Assembly (NCBI GenBank): GCA_001687465.1
Contig: LVLI01000373.1
Location: 1-37,986 of the forward strand
Origin: Halocafeteria seosinensis
Lineage: Eukaryota
Direction of reading: 5' to 3'
Length of the DNA stretch: 37,986 nucleotides
The number at the start of each line of letters is the position of its first letter. Position 1 is the first letter of the stretch. The position numbers and the translations under genes are program-made. Below the pieces are notes generated by a model. It saw nothing but the letters and a program-made list of their open reading frames with translations, was not told where the DNA came from and did no database searches. Below, piece after piece: positions 23,761-35,400 of this stretch.

Positions 23761-24435
23761 CTCGCTTTTTGGCTCGAACCTACCAAAATGCTCGTCCAGA
23801 AAAGCCCTGGAATTTCCTGGAGTAGGGGCTAGCCGTTCAGCTCTTGTTTACACATCCCAGATTTTGCAAAAGAGAGTTGAATGCTTCATCATCAGCTACG
23901 AAAGCTACTGAAGAGAAACGAGCAAGGCCCTCGCATCGGGCCTGTCTCGTCAGTATTTGACGTGGGCAGAAGCATACACGGCAGACTAACCCCGAAGCAG
24001 TAGCCATACCATTCTGTTTACCCCCTCATTAACGTATCGCTCTTGGTCGCTTTCTGTGAGTGAGAAGTGAAGACGACTCAGGTTTTAGGCACTACATACT
24101 CTCTAATGATCACCACCATCTCCCTAACTAGCAGTAGAGTTCTGACTACCTCCATCGCCCTCATGACCCTGCAACATCCATTTGTATCCTTTTCTTTCCG
24201 CAGTGCCCCGCGAAAAATCTTGGGATGATCAATTCACAGTCTGTCGAAAATTGGAACGCAGGTTAGTAGTACTCCACAGCTGGGGTTGAGAATCGGATTT
24301 TAGCATTTTTTTGTCTCCCTCTGTTGTGATAGCACAGTCTTCGTATCCTGCTTGTGGAGGCAAATACCTGGGCCCAGCGCCATTGCGCTGGTATCATTCA
24401 TGTTCGCAATACCACTATTGTAGATACACGCAACG

Positions 24436-26300
24436 ATGAATGCTACAGTGGTACAAAATTTTCAAAATTACATACAGTGGATCCGAAACAATGATCCTTG
24501 TTTTACTACGGCAGACTTTTTTGTACCTGGTTTCGGAGATCAACCTGATGATGGACGAGCAGTAGGAGACCAGGGTGCCCAACAAATAGCAGATGCACTA
24601 CGAGTGAATACGAGTCTGAGGACGATTGCTTTAAGAACTAACCAAATAGCTGATCACGGGGCCACTTCTTTGACGGATGCACTACGAGCGAATACGAGTC
24701 TGAGGGACATTCGTTTAAACAAAAATCGAATAGGTGACCGAGGGGCCGCATCTTTGTCTGACTAACATTGATTTAGACAACAATCTAACAGGAGTGGGTT
24801 TCCCTCACCTCAATCAAATAAGTAATTCTATCTCGCATGATACCAACCAACTATGTCAAAGGAATCGGGTAAGCGATACCTATATTCATTCGCTTCGTCT
24901 GTTAGTTGCTCACGCATGCAACGAGGACCAACGAATAGACTTGCATGAATTCCCATTTGTGTGATTTCTCCCAGAATGAGCCTGCGCGAGCACAACGCGA
25001 AGCCGCGGAAGAAAGGAGAGAGCGAGCCCAACGCGAAGCCGAAGAAGAAAGGAGAGCGCGAGTACAACGCGAAGCTGAAAAAGAAAGGAGAGCGGGAGCA
25101 CAACGCGAAGCCAAAGAAAAAAGGAGAGCGTGAGCGCAACGCGAAGCCAAAGAAAAAAGGAGAGCGCGGGCACAACGCGCTCTCCCTGAAGAAAGGAGAA
25201 TGCAATCATTCGCTGCGTTCGGCCCAAATCCAACTGTTCAAGATTACGTACATTATCTTTGCGAAACCTGTCCGAAACATCAGGAAACAGTCTTGGAAGA
25301 AGTAATTAACCTAATTAGTGTTGCTCGAAAGGCAATCAAAACCTTCTTGGATCAGAATTTTAGCAAATTATCCAGTCATTGGAAGCGAATTACGCAACAG
25401 TCAACGGAGTTATGCGACGCCATGATTGGTCATCTCTCCACTCAGTGGGACCTGCCTTCGTCAGTTGTTCAATTGGTTCTGAAAAGATCGTGTTCAGAAC
25501 AGGATCTGTCCTTGTAACAAGCAGTTCAAATCTAACTAGGGCATGGTGCACCCCCGTTTCTACGAAAACGCGCCTACTCGATCGTGGCAACACGTCTCCC
25601 CAGAGGGGAGTGTCTGGAGAGATGGAAAGCAGCCGAAGGCACCCGGGTTCTGGATCACCAAAGTGTTGAGTGCAGTGATAGGTCCCAGGACATCCAGGTA
25701 CCCCGGGACATTTTCTTCAATGGGCAAGGTCCTCAGGCGCAGAGGTTTATGAACGATGGAGATGAGCTCGGTCAAAACACCGGGACCGATACTGCTGAAG
25801 AAGGCAGTCCTATCCGATGTGCAAACCCCAAGAAGTTCACAATGTCAGTGGACATTTGACACAACCATGTGCAGAAATGGAGTAGACGTCAAAGAGGATG
25901 GTCAGTTTGTGACCTTTGGCGTCCAGCCAAAAGGACAGTCTCGCCGTAGCAAGCGTTCGGCGTTTGCGGGCATTCGGTATTTAACAAAGACTCGGGGCGT
26001 GCCCAAGAATGGACAATGACAGTTCAGACCCAGGGGAGCGGTCGGACTGAGTTGGGACTATGAATGAAAGTTTTGATATTTCGCAATCAGTCGAGAAGAA
26101 TGACATGCTCGGCATGTACGCCGGATCACTGGGGCTCTGGATTTCGTCGCGGGGAATCTGATCAAGTATCGTGCTGTAGAGAGCTCGGAACGGAAGAAGA
26201 AGCCGTAACAGCGATTTCATTCTCGACGAACGAGGAGACAGACATTGTGTATTATGCTCCATTGGCAATAAGTTAATAGAATCTCCATGACGGCCCTACG
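24436..26300 (+). pseudogene. Disabled RNI-type LRR / charged coiled-coil / possible BACK-like / SPRY-like protein gene
   Basis: 28-aa RNI-like LRRs (GDQGAQQIADALRVNTSLRTIALRTNQI). A ~26-nt deletion frameshift lies near 24756 relative to the preceding repeat. Intron 24869-24974. In-frame stops at 25131, 25515 and 25533. Frameshifted SPRY-like pieces: WTFDTTMC..VDVKEDGQFVTF / VCGHSVFNKDSGRAQEWTMTV..ELG / NES..LGMYAGSLGLW. Confidence 0.75.
24984..25199 (+). repeat. 36-bp (12-aa) tandem repeat x ~6 encoding RAQREAxEERRx
   Basis: caacgcgaagc recurs at 24993, 25029 and onward every 36 bp; one copy carries CGA>TGA at 25131. Confidence 0.92.
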
Positions 26301-26970
26301 GAAACCCCATCAGACGTTAGAACGGTTAGATTTGGAGAGCTTCGTCTGCATGGTGGTCAGTTCCAAGGCAGACAATTTCACTGAGTCGTATGCACCAATG
26401 GCGGAGTTCACCTAGTTTCCGTTGACAACGATCTCTACTTCTGCAAAATGGCTCGCCGTGCTCATAGGGAGGGCACCAACAAAAGTATATCTACTGATAT
26501 TTTGAATGTCCTGTACTTCTTTCCTGAAATGGACAAGTGCGTGCCAAAACGACTATGCGTTCTGGCTGTCTGATAACTGAGGGCTGCAGTTCAAAATCAG
26601 TCAAAATCGGAACCAGCGCACGCCGAATACACGCTTGGATATGTCACAAATCATTCCGGTACTAACTCATAGAGAAGACACAGTCGAAAGGAGTGATGAG
26701 TGATTGAGATAGTTTAATACACCTTTTTCCCCGGTATTGCAGATTTTGAATAAGTCTGCATTTGTCGCATAGGCCATTGGAGCTCGCCAATTAACGACAT
26801 CGGTCGCTGTGATTGAATCGCAGAAAAAAATGGTACATAACATGTAGTCCACCTTGGTATTGACGGATTTCACTTCAGGGTGAGAAGTCCACCATCCTTC
26901 CGCCGATCGAGTGCCCCCAGGCAACCACCACACGCGAGCGGATTCCAGCTACAGTCTCATTTCTTAACCT

Positions 26971-29382
26971 CTAGCGACGGTACTTTCGCGGTCTCATTGA
27001 CGCCTGTTTTATGGTTCTCAAGGGTCGTTGTGCGGGTCGTGTCCCCTTTGGCGACGACTCACGAGAAGTTTTCAAAGGGGTGACTGTAGGCGCCAACGGG
27101 GGAGTTGGAACAGTGCTTGGGGTTGGGGTTGGCGAGGAGATCCATTGGAAGCGTAGAATGGGCAAAGTATCGGTGCCATTGAAAGCCCAGACTTCATTAT
27201 CCCATTGTTGAGTCCCATTATAATGATACAATTGACCACGGATGTCATTCAACGTGTCCGAATTGCTAATTCGGGTCAAAACATCCTCTGGACGGTAGTC
27301 ATTTCCTATCATAGTAGCCCAACTAGAGCCATTATACACCGAATATTGCACCTTGATAACACCACTTGCGGTACTAGATATACGTCCAATGATTCCACCA
27401 CCACTAGTTCGATCATAGACAACCCCTGAAGCATACGTATTCGTTATGGATACATTGCCTGTTTCTAGTCCACAACATCCTCCTGTGTCGTCCCCAGTAA
27501 TCCCTCCTGCTCTAGCACCCTTAATATCTCCTCGTGTATAGCAGTCTCTAATTTGTACACGGCCACCATCTTGTGCTGAATCCTTTCCGGTAATACCACC
27601 ACTCAAGCTCCCACTTATATCCCCTGTGGAATACGATTGTGTGATATACGCATGACCATTCGTGATACCCGCATTATCCCCGCAGATACCACCTGCTAGA
27701 TCTCCTTTAATCGTCCCAGTGGAATAACATTGCGTGATATTCACAGTACCATTATTGCGACCTGCATTTTGTCCTGTAATGCCACCTGCTAATACACCCT
27801 GTATCATCCCTGTAGAGTAGGAATTTGAGATCCTAATGTGACCTCCGCTTAGACCGGCATTGCGACCACATATACCACCACTCCACTTCATGATTCTTCC
27901 TGTTGCGCTGCTTGAATTCACGACAAAATGCGTTTCATTTTCTCGCACAATAAATCCACCTCCTTGTGCAGTGCGCCCATTTTTAACGTGAACATTCCGA
28001 ATCAAGGGAGCGTTATCGAAGGATTCAACTGTACCATTCATAACCTTTATCAGTCCATGGAAGTCGGCAGTATCCTTCAAGTCAATTATATTTCCTTCAA
28101 CATAGCCACCATCGAAGATTTCGTCAGCATCCAGGGAAATGTGAGTATTGCCATTGTACCCATGAACGTTCCAATGAAGGGCGGTACAGTTCATGCGAAA
28201 AAGACTTTCCACTGGAAAATACTGAAAACAAGATTCGGTCCCAGCAACGATACTCTTTCGCAAATCAGCTGCATCGGCAACATTCCATACCAAACGGAAA
28301 ACAGTGCTAAAATACAAGAGGTTTCGTATGATACTGGTTGTGGAATGCACGTGGACTTTGTGTCGTTTCAAGTTCCTGCTGCTCAATGAAACGCTACCGA
28401 TTGCTTTTTCCCAGCATATTACGGCGCATGATGCCCGATAGCAGTAGTCATAGCAGTAGCAGTCAAGTCCACGTGTGATCAAAGTATTGATTAGCTGCGC
28501 TCCGCCGAGTAATACTGATAATAATACCAACAGAAGGTGTACCGATGAATGTGCGTGAACAATTCGATGGGAACCACAGTCAAGTGACCAATTCCTAGAT
28601 GTAACCTGATAAACGAATCCCATCATTTTACTGCTGCCGATGATGCCGAATGCATTATCTCCTCCTACGGATAGCCGTTTGCTAGACGTTTCGGCAACAA
28701 CCTGGTAAAAGACTTCCAACGATCTTCCGGTACTCCTTGGAACTGTGTTGAATGCTTCGTCGCATACCGTGCACAACCGTTTGCTACCCTTTCTCTTCAT
28801 GCCATTCAGAACGACAGAACCAAATTGCCGAACGCTGGATCTACCTCTGATGGTCTGCAATGATTTAGCACCTAACGTGGATAACAATTTGCTGCACGTG
28901 TCGGCAACGGCATGGGGGACGACGACTGCAATTGGTCCCGCCTGTTTCCCAGTACACGGAGGGCGCTTACAACAATGCGTCAACAATGTACGTTCCACGG
29001 CCTTGGAGAAAAGAAATGATGAAATCCTTGCCCCGAATAGGATGTCGGGTCTGGTAGTGGCTTCGTTATGTTTGCTTGGCGTAGCTGCGTTAGAATAAGA
29101 CTCGAAACCCGCTCCCACTGGGAAGCCACCAGTGTCTCCCCCAACTACCTTGAGAGTTCTTTCCCCAAAGCGCGAAGCGCCACCTGAAAGAATCTGAGAA
29201 ATGATTTTGCTAGTTGGTTTCTCTTCTACTTGCATCCATGTCTTCCCGGTTGTCGCTGCAACAACCATCACTGCAGCCAGGAAGAGTCCGAAGACTTTGG
29301 TTTCCGCTTTTCTCCATTCTCTTGTCGTCTTTATCGGGTTTATATGCATGGTTCGGTAGATGTTTCCTTCTCTGTCATGCAC
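26971..29382 (-). CDS. GLUG-like Gly-rich repeat protein (803 aa), paralogue of the N-terminal domain of the 12228..19535 protein; probably secreted or surface-associated
   Basis: 2.4 kb ATG-initiated ORF. 31-aa repeats (LAGGITGQNAGRNNGTVNITQCYSTGTIKGD-type) x5-6. Flanks align by eye with the larger gene (DLR..I..G...C..Y.P.ES.F...C..L.W; AP.IRNV.V..G; IRG.LYH..G...W; LP.LRFQ). Ends in a PT-rich then basic tail. Confidence 0.82.
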   Translation of the reverse strand: MHDREGNIYRTMHINPIKTTREWRKAETKVFGLFLAAVMVVAATTGKTWMQVEEKPTSKIISQILSGGASRFGERTLKVVGGDTGGFPVGAGFESYSNAATPSKHNEATTRPDILFGARISSFLFSKAVERTLLTHCCKRPPCTGKQAGPIAVVVPHAVADTCSKLLSTLGAKSLQTIRGRSSVRQFGSVVLNGMKRKGSKRLCTVCDEAFNTVPRSTGRSLEVFYQVVAETSSKRLSVGGDNAFGIIGSSKMMGFVYQVTSRNWSLDCGSHRIVHAHSSVHLLLVLLSVLLGGAQLINTLITRGLDCYCYDYCYRASCAVICWEKAIGSVSLSSRNLKRHKVHVHSTTSIIRNLLYFSTVFRLVWNVADAADLRKSIVAGTESCFQYFPVESLFRMNCTALHWNVHGYNGNTHISLDADEIFDGGYVEGNIIDLKDTADFHGLIKVMNGTVESFDNAPLIRNVHVKNGRTAQGGGFIVRENETHFVVNSSSATGRIMKWSGGICGRNAGLSGGHIRISNSYSTGMIQGVLAGGITGQNAGRNNGTVNITQCYSTGTIKGDLAGGICGDNAGITNGHAYITQSYSTGDISGSLSGGITGKDSAQDGGRVQIRDCYTRGDIKGARAGGITGDDTGGCCGLETGNVSITNTYASGVVYDRTSGGGIIGRISSTASGVIKVQYSVYNGSSWATMIGNDYRPEDVLTRISNSDTLNDIRGQLYHYNGTQQWDNEVWAFNGTDTLPILRFQWISSPTPTPSTVPTPPLAPTVTPLKTSRESSPKGTRPAQRPLRTIKQASMRPRKYRR

Positions 29383-30589
29383 AGCTTCTCATATCTTGAT
29401 TGTCCTCTTAGTATGTGTATGGTTCCTCTCTCTCGGTGAGTGTCCCTTCTTGACGGCTGACCGACACCAGAGTTGACCCACCTCTAGTGAGGGAATTGCA
29501 AACCACTATCAGGCCCAAGCCGCAACGCAATCACCCAAATCGACAAGGGGACAATGTTCATCCCGTTTTTCGCTCTTGCGCTTGCCCCCTGTATGGACTA
29601 TACTCAACTGACGTCAGAGAGACTGGAAAATATCTCCGACGGGTCATGGAGAAACCAAAGCCCCAAATGGATCACAGAATCTTTTTGTTCTTTTATGTTC
29701 CTACCAGAAAAAAACAGACTGCCGTTCAATACTTTTAAATGTATCAAATTACTGTCGAACGTCGAAGAGATGTGCTCTGCTTGCTGACAGCCTGTCAGTT
29801 GCGATCATGTTGCGATCACCGTGTCCAATCAGCTGGTGAAGAAATTGCGAATTGTATGGCCAGCAAGTGAGCGACACCGGTGGAATAATGCCATGACAGT
29901 TGCAATGCTGGGAATCTCCACCAAAAGACAACGGAGCCTTGCCTACTTAGCTTTGGTTACCTTAGCGTAGGCAATGAGCGATCTGCGGTTTCGTGGCAAC
30001 TGCATCACCTGCAGCAGCGGTGAGGGAGTTACGAAGCGATCAGGCGGTCAGCCGCGTGAGGGTTAATGCGAAATATCGCTAACAAAGCGATGAATCGGCA
30101 TCTGAATTATAGCAAAGTTAAAGAGCATGCCCAACAGCAAGTCAAGCAAGCAGAGGTCAATGGAATCTACCAATAAACCGTTAGGATATCCCGGAATGAC
30201 TGAGGGTTTTGGCTACTCCTTCAGCACCTATGCCACCATTATCTAGACTAAGTAGTCTACCCGAAAGCAGCGAAGTTTCCCTGAATACATCATTTAGCTT
30301 GAAGCAATGTCGAAACAATGAACAAATATTCAGGTATACACGGTACTATTAGGAAGTAACTCACCTCCCATTTCTGCTGATGCCCCTTGCCCTTGTCATG
30401 CCTAGAAAGAAATGGGCCCCAGACTCACTGTACCAGTTGGTGACTTTTACAGTATATCCAAAACAGGTTCCTATAGACCTCTTTATGTCTAATACAAGCA
30501 TATGCTAAGGAAATATCAATTCAATGCTTATGACAATAGATGTTTGGCAATATGTGTTGAAATTTGTGGGATGGAATCTGATGTTTACT

Positions 30590-30810
30590 CTTTGGGAGCT
30601 GCAAAATTACTCGCCCAGACTCTATCCCATGGACCTGAGGTACTTGCGTAAGGGGACGTAGGAACCAGGGCAGCGCAGGCGGGAATGCATCCATTGTAGC
30701 CAGTGGAAGAAGCGCTACCAAAACAGGAATACATAGATCACACAGAAATGGTAACAACACTGCTGGTAAAACAGCAGAAGAAAATCAGACGTGTTGGGGA
30801 GGGATCGCAG

Positions 30811-30846
<36 letters not shown>

Positions 30847-31420
30847 ATAACATAGTATAACTGACGAAAGGGTCGCGTACTCGACCGATATACTGCTACA
30901 GGATTCGTTTTTGGCTAAGCTCGATTTTGATGGACCCGGGAATAGTGACGTAGGTCTGGAACATTTGGTGACGGATTGTGGGAGAATCAGTGTTTGTCGA
31001 AACTCCACTGGGCTGGTGACCGTATAGGAGGCCGAGGCACCACATGTCTTCCGCGTATGTTCCGTGAAAACGAGACTCGTCGGTTTCTTGATTTGCGCAA
31101 GGGTGCTCAGAAACTTTTTGAAAGCTTGAGAACGAATACGGCTGTCACAAGTGTTTCGTTTCGCAATCAGATAAGGGATGCGAAGTTACTGCAGAAGATC
31201 GAGCGACGATGTTCGGCAAACAATGAGTTATTTTTAGCAATGCCCGACCCCAATGAAGAGATAAAAGAAACAGACGTAAACGAGCATGCCTGTCTAAAGT
31301 TTGCCGAGACATTGCGAGGTGACACTGGAATCTCTGAGATGATCTATCGTTGTGATGCCGTCCGAATACGACAGCGAGAGGATTTGCGGTGTTGAACTCT
31401 TTGAAAGGATGGCACACCGC
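30590..31420 (+). pseudogene. Heavily decayed RNI-type LRR gene relic
   Basis: Fragments GAAKLLAQTL, LAKLDFDGPGNSDVGLEHL, then a 1-nt frameshift near 30973 into LWENQCLSKLHWAGDRIGGRGTTCL, KGAQKLFESLRTNTAVTSVSF and CLKFAETLRGDTGI. These follow the RNI-LRR consensus but are broken by stops and indels. Confidence 0.55.
30814..30844. repeat. (CA)n microsatellite, ~15 units
   Basis: Perfect acacac run of 31 nt. Confidence 0.97.
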
Positions 31421-31434
31421 AATGACCTAGCCGA

Positions 31435-31561
31435 GGTGTCGTTGTCGCTATTTTTGCGTGTCTCCAGTACACTGTGACCACCTCGTTCCAGTTGCCGACG
31501 CGGTGTCGTTGTCGCTATTTTTGCGTGTCTCCAGTACACTGTGACCACCCCGTTCCAGTTG
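31435..31561. repeat. Tandem duplication, 67-bp period, 2 copies
   Basis: ggtgtcgttgtcgctatttttgcgtgtctccagtacactgtgaccacc(t/c)cgttccagttg at 31435-31494 and 31502-31561; 1 mismatch in 60 nt. Confidence 0.95.
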
Positions 31562-32455
31562 GTGGGATTCGAGACGCCACGTTTTAAGAGTGTCTGGACT
31601 GACACTGGACGAACGCGTGTAAATGGCACTGACGGTAAACCAGCACATGTTTTTCAAAAACGTGACGCCAAGGGGATCCGGAGCCGCGCATATGCAGCGG
31701 ACAAACAGTCCTTCCTCCATTCCACACCACCGCTGCCGCTCATTGGTTTACAGTTCTTCGTCTCCCCAACGCTTACATTGGTTCTTCATTCACCCAAAGT
31801 GCCAGGGTCCAACTTGTCGTATCATGTGAGCGGAAGGACAACAAAGACCCCAACGTAAAACCAGTCGAAAGTTCGGAATGTGATGTTCCCGTTGTATCCA
31901 CCTGGCAGGGCGCACAGGCTTGGGCCAAAGCCTTCGGGAACAGAAACCGTCTGACGGCTGTGTGTCGCAGGACCGGACCGGACCGGTTCCCGTAAAAAAA
32001 AACCCCGTTTTTGAAACTGCTGCAAGAAAGGAACGCAGGCCCGCAACCTTTACAAAAGCATCTTTTCCATGTTACTGTAAAAGAAACTCAGGGGAAAATC
32101 AAAGGTATAGAGCCAGTAGGCGGTTAATCGGGCGAACCTGTGCTCTGTCCACGATTCGGGCTGCGGCCTGTGGGAAGAAGAACAAGCCAGGTCGCAGTTG
32201 CGATCACACCATCATAATGGCATCATTCCCATGCATGCCTCCCCAAAGAAACAACCCAGTTCTGCGTCAGGGACGAAGTGAATTGGATCCTCACAAGTTT
32301 GTCACCTCAATAGCGAGATTTGGTACATTTCGAAAGAGAATCCTTGAAACACAGGAGAAGCTGTCCAAGCTGGCGACCGGTGCGGCGAGAAAACGAAAAA
32401 AAAGCAAAAAAACCAGAGCGAAAGAAAAATAGCGTGCCTCCTTTCCTGCCAAACT

Positions 32456-35400
32456 ATGCTCCTGTGGCTTCCATTGGTCCTCATCACCCTCAGCGGCGCC
32501 GCGGAGGCGTCGCTGCACAAAGGATGGAGGGGAGAAATGTATGCGTATAATCGGACCAAGATACAGACTCCTCCTGGCGACCTGGTGCTGGAGGACACTC
32601 AAAACAATATTCTCCGGCATACAAAGCAGGAACTCGCCGTCGATTATATCCGTTTTGGACCGCAAATGTACGTATATGTGTGACTAGGCGTTCGGTCGTT
32701 CGGTTTCGACCAGAAAGTGGTACTTGTGCGCTGGGCTTCGTTCCTCTCCTCTCACAGCGACCCCTGGCCGGCGGTAGAAGTAGCTGGGGCCAACTACAGC
32801 TACTGGTATGCTCGATTCGAAGGGATGTTAGTCGTCGATCAAGCTTCCAGCTATCAATTTCGGCTCTTGTCCCAAGATGGAGCACGACTCTTCATTGATG
32901 GTGTCTTAGTATGTATCGCGGAGAAAAGCGACAAACATGGATGTAGCAGTTGATCAAGTAGCGTATTCGCCGGGCACACAGGTAGTTGACAACGACGGCG
33001 TGCACGATCTGGAGTATGAATGCAGCAATGCTTTTGCTTTAGATGAAGGTAGACATTTCATAGAGGTATGTTATATGGACCAACTTTCCCAGCAGAGAGT
33101 TCGCGATGGCCACCTCGATTCGTACGGTGCAGATACTCTACTTCCATTTTGAAGGAAGCACAAAATTACACGCGGAATGGGCAGAACTACAGAACCAAAA
33201 TGATGGCAATACGTTAGGTAATTGCGCTAACGGCGAGGGGCAATTTCAGGATTTAGGCGGCGATTTCGTCCTCCACAAACCCTCGAATTTTCCACGAGTG
33301 TTCTTTCACCAGCCAGCCAAAGGAGGAAGAATAGAAACTGTGATTCCGAGAGACGCACACTGGGGAGACAGTGGATTATCAATATCGCTTTGGGCTCTAT
33401 CGAACTCTCCCAAATTTCAAAGCATTCTATCTCTCACCGGGCTTACGACTTCGGTGAGCAATTTCCACCTCGCGACTAGTGAGCGGGAGTTGATCTTAGA
33501 AACGAGCATGGATACTCCTCTTAGGTCGCGCTCTACTGTTTGTGATGGCCGCTGGCATCACATAGTTGTCTTATGGGAGCAGGGCTCCAGACGGGTAGAC
33601 ATTGTGGTCGACGGTCTCAACGTCCTATCTTCGATAACGAATGCAGAACCGACAATGAACGAAGACGAGTGCTTCCTTATTGGCCAGAGGCCGAGTTCAA
33701 CCGCACTAGCTTCCTCTGAGTCCTATTCGTGTGGATCGGATCTCAAGTTGTCACAGGGATACGAGGGCTACGTTTCTTCCATTCTCAGTTGGAACAGGGT
33801 CCTTTCCCGAGGGGGAATCAAAACTCTGCGTGACGGTTCGTTTATCGTAGATAATGGTACGGATGGCAATTTGTTATTTGCGTATGTGGATGAAGCATTC
33901 TCCAGGACAGGGCTGGGCGAGAAAGAAGTACCGAGCAATTGCCTAGATGAGAAGGCGTCGCAGGAGGCCGTTGGGTTAAGGGATGCTAGCGGAAATGGAC
34001 TACATGGCATTCTCGCCACCAATGAAGGCGCGATACCGTCTTTCCTTGATGCTGAGTTCACGTTTCCGGTGCCGCACAAGGATGGGGAGGATATTGTGAT
34101 GTGGCTACGACCACGCATCGAAGAGGTCAGTAATGGTGGGGTACCGGATTCCTCGGGGATGCATAATCACGCCAAATTTAAAGGCGATGTGAAAGTCGGA
34201 GAAGCTGGTGACTCAGAAAGCCTTCAAGTAATGGAAGCATGTTGGGATGGGCACTTGGAAGTACCTGGAGTTCGTAACTTTAATTGGAGTGATGATTTCA
34301 CACTGTCGCTGTTTTACCGCAAGCTAGTAAGCGCACGAGACCAGACACTTATAGGAAATGGTCTCGTAGAGGGCCCTGCTACTCAATCTAAAGCTGGTTC
34401 CGTGCATATTCACGGAGCAGAAGACGCTGAAGGGAGCCTCCTGCTTGCTGATATTGACATCAACGATGGATTGTCCACTAGGACCCTCGATTCTTCTGCT
34501 CCGGTGGCGCGATGGCACCACGTCGCATTGGTTTATGACGTAAACAATCGAAGTCTTCTTTGGCACGTCGATGGTGTTTGTAGCCAGATACCGATACCGG
34601 ATCCCGGATATGTTTCCCCAGTGAATAATCCCCTCTTTATCGGAGCTGTCACTTCTGCTGGAGTGGGCAGAATGTGCGGACAGATTCACGAGGTTCGTCT
34701 GTATGATCGTGCTTTGGATCACCTTGAGACTAAGTCCTTGTTTGACGAAATGCACGAGCGCTTGCATTTCGGTGACAAGTGGGAGACTAGCAAGGATTGT
34801 GTTGTTGGCCAATGGAGCTCTTGGACCGAGTGCTTCAAGGGGGAGTTCCGAGTTCGGCATCGTAACGTGATTGCGGGCTCAAACGGTTGTCCCCATCTTC
34901 GAGAATGGAGGCAATGTGGGATTGGTATTGATCTTTCGTCTGACGGAAGTGTATCGTCTGACAGAGTGGTGGTAAAAGGAACAACCACATTATATGTGCG
35001 ACTGTTGTCCCAACCTGAAGGAGATTCTAATGTTCAAGTTCTCATGGACACAATGGAGGCGTCAGACGCTGTTTCTATTTCAAACTGTAGTTTGGAATTC
35101 AGTCCCAGCAACTGGGATTCCTGGCAGAAGGTCGTTCTTACTCCACATTCCGGGAGCACCAACAGTGGTACTTCTCATAGTATTGCCCTAATTGCTCGCA
35201 ACTACGACAATATCTTGAAGCCATCGAGCGTTTCAGATGGAACAAGAGAAGCCGCTATAGCATATACTGAGCCAGTACAAAGAGTAGTCCCTGTTGTTGT
35301 GGGCAACGACTTTGTTCGTATTGGTCACTGCAGGTTGTGGAACTCAATCCATTTTGTGACCTTCGACTCGAACGAGTATGATTTCCTGGGCATCGGCGAC

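Noticed and set aside
24984..25199. 36-bp periodic repeat as a CRISPR array
   Set aside because: No unique spacers, the units are contiguous and encode a charged helix, the context is eukaryotic and there are no cas genes.
25131..25535. In-frame stops as evidence of an alternative genetic code or readthrough
   Set aside because: They co-occur with frameshifts, and intact genes in the window show no internal stops; pseudogenisation is simpler.
31555..31620. tRNA-like T-arm (reverse complement ..TCGAATCCCACCA)
   Set aside because: The GTTC consensus is broken, and I could not fold D or anticodon arms or an acceptor stem.
31920..32432. 170-aa basic ORF upstream of the mucin-like gene
   Set aside because: Non-ATG start; Lys runs come from A-tracts; no recognisable motif.
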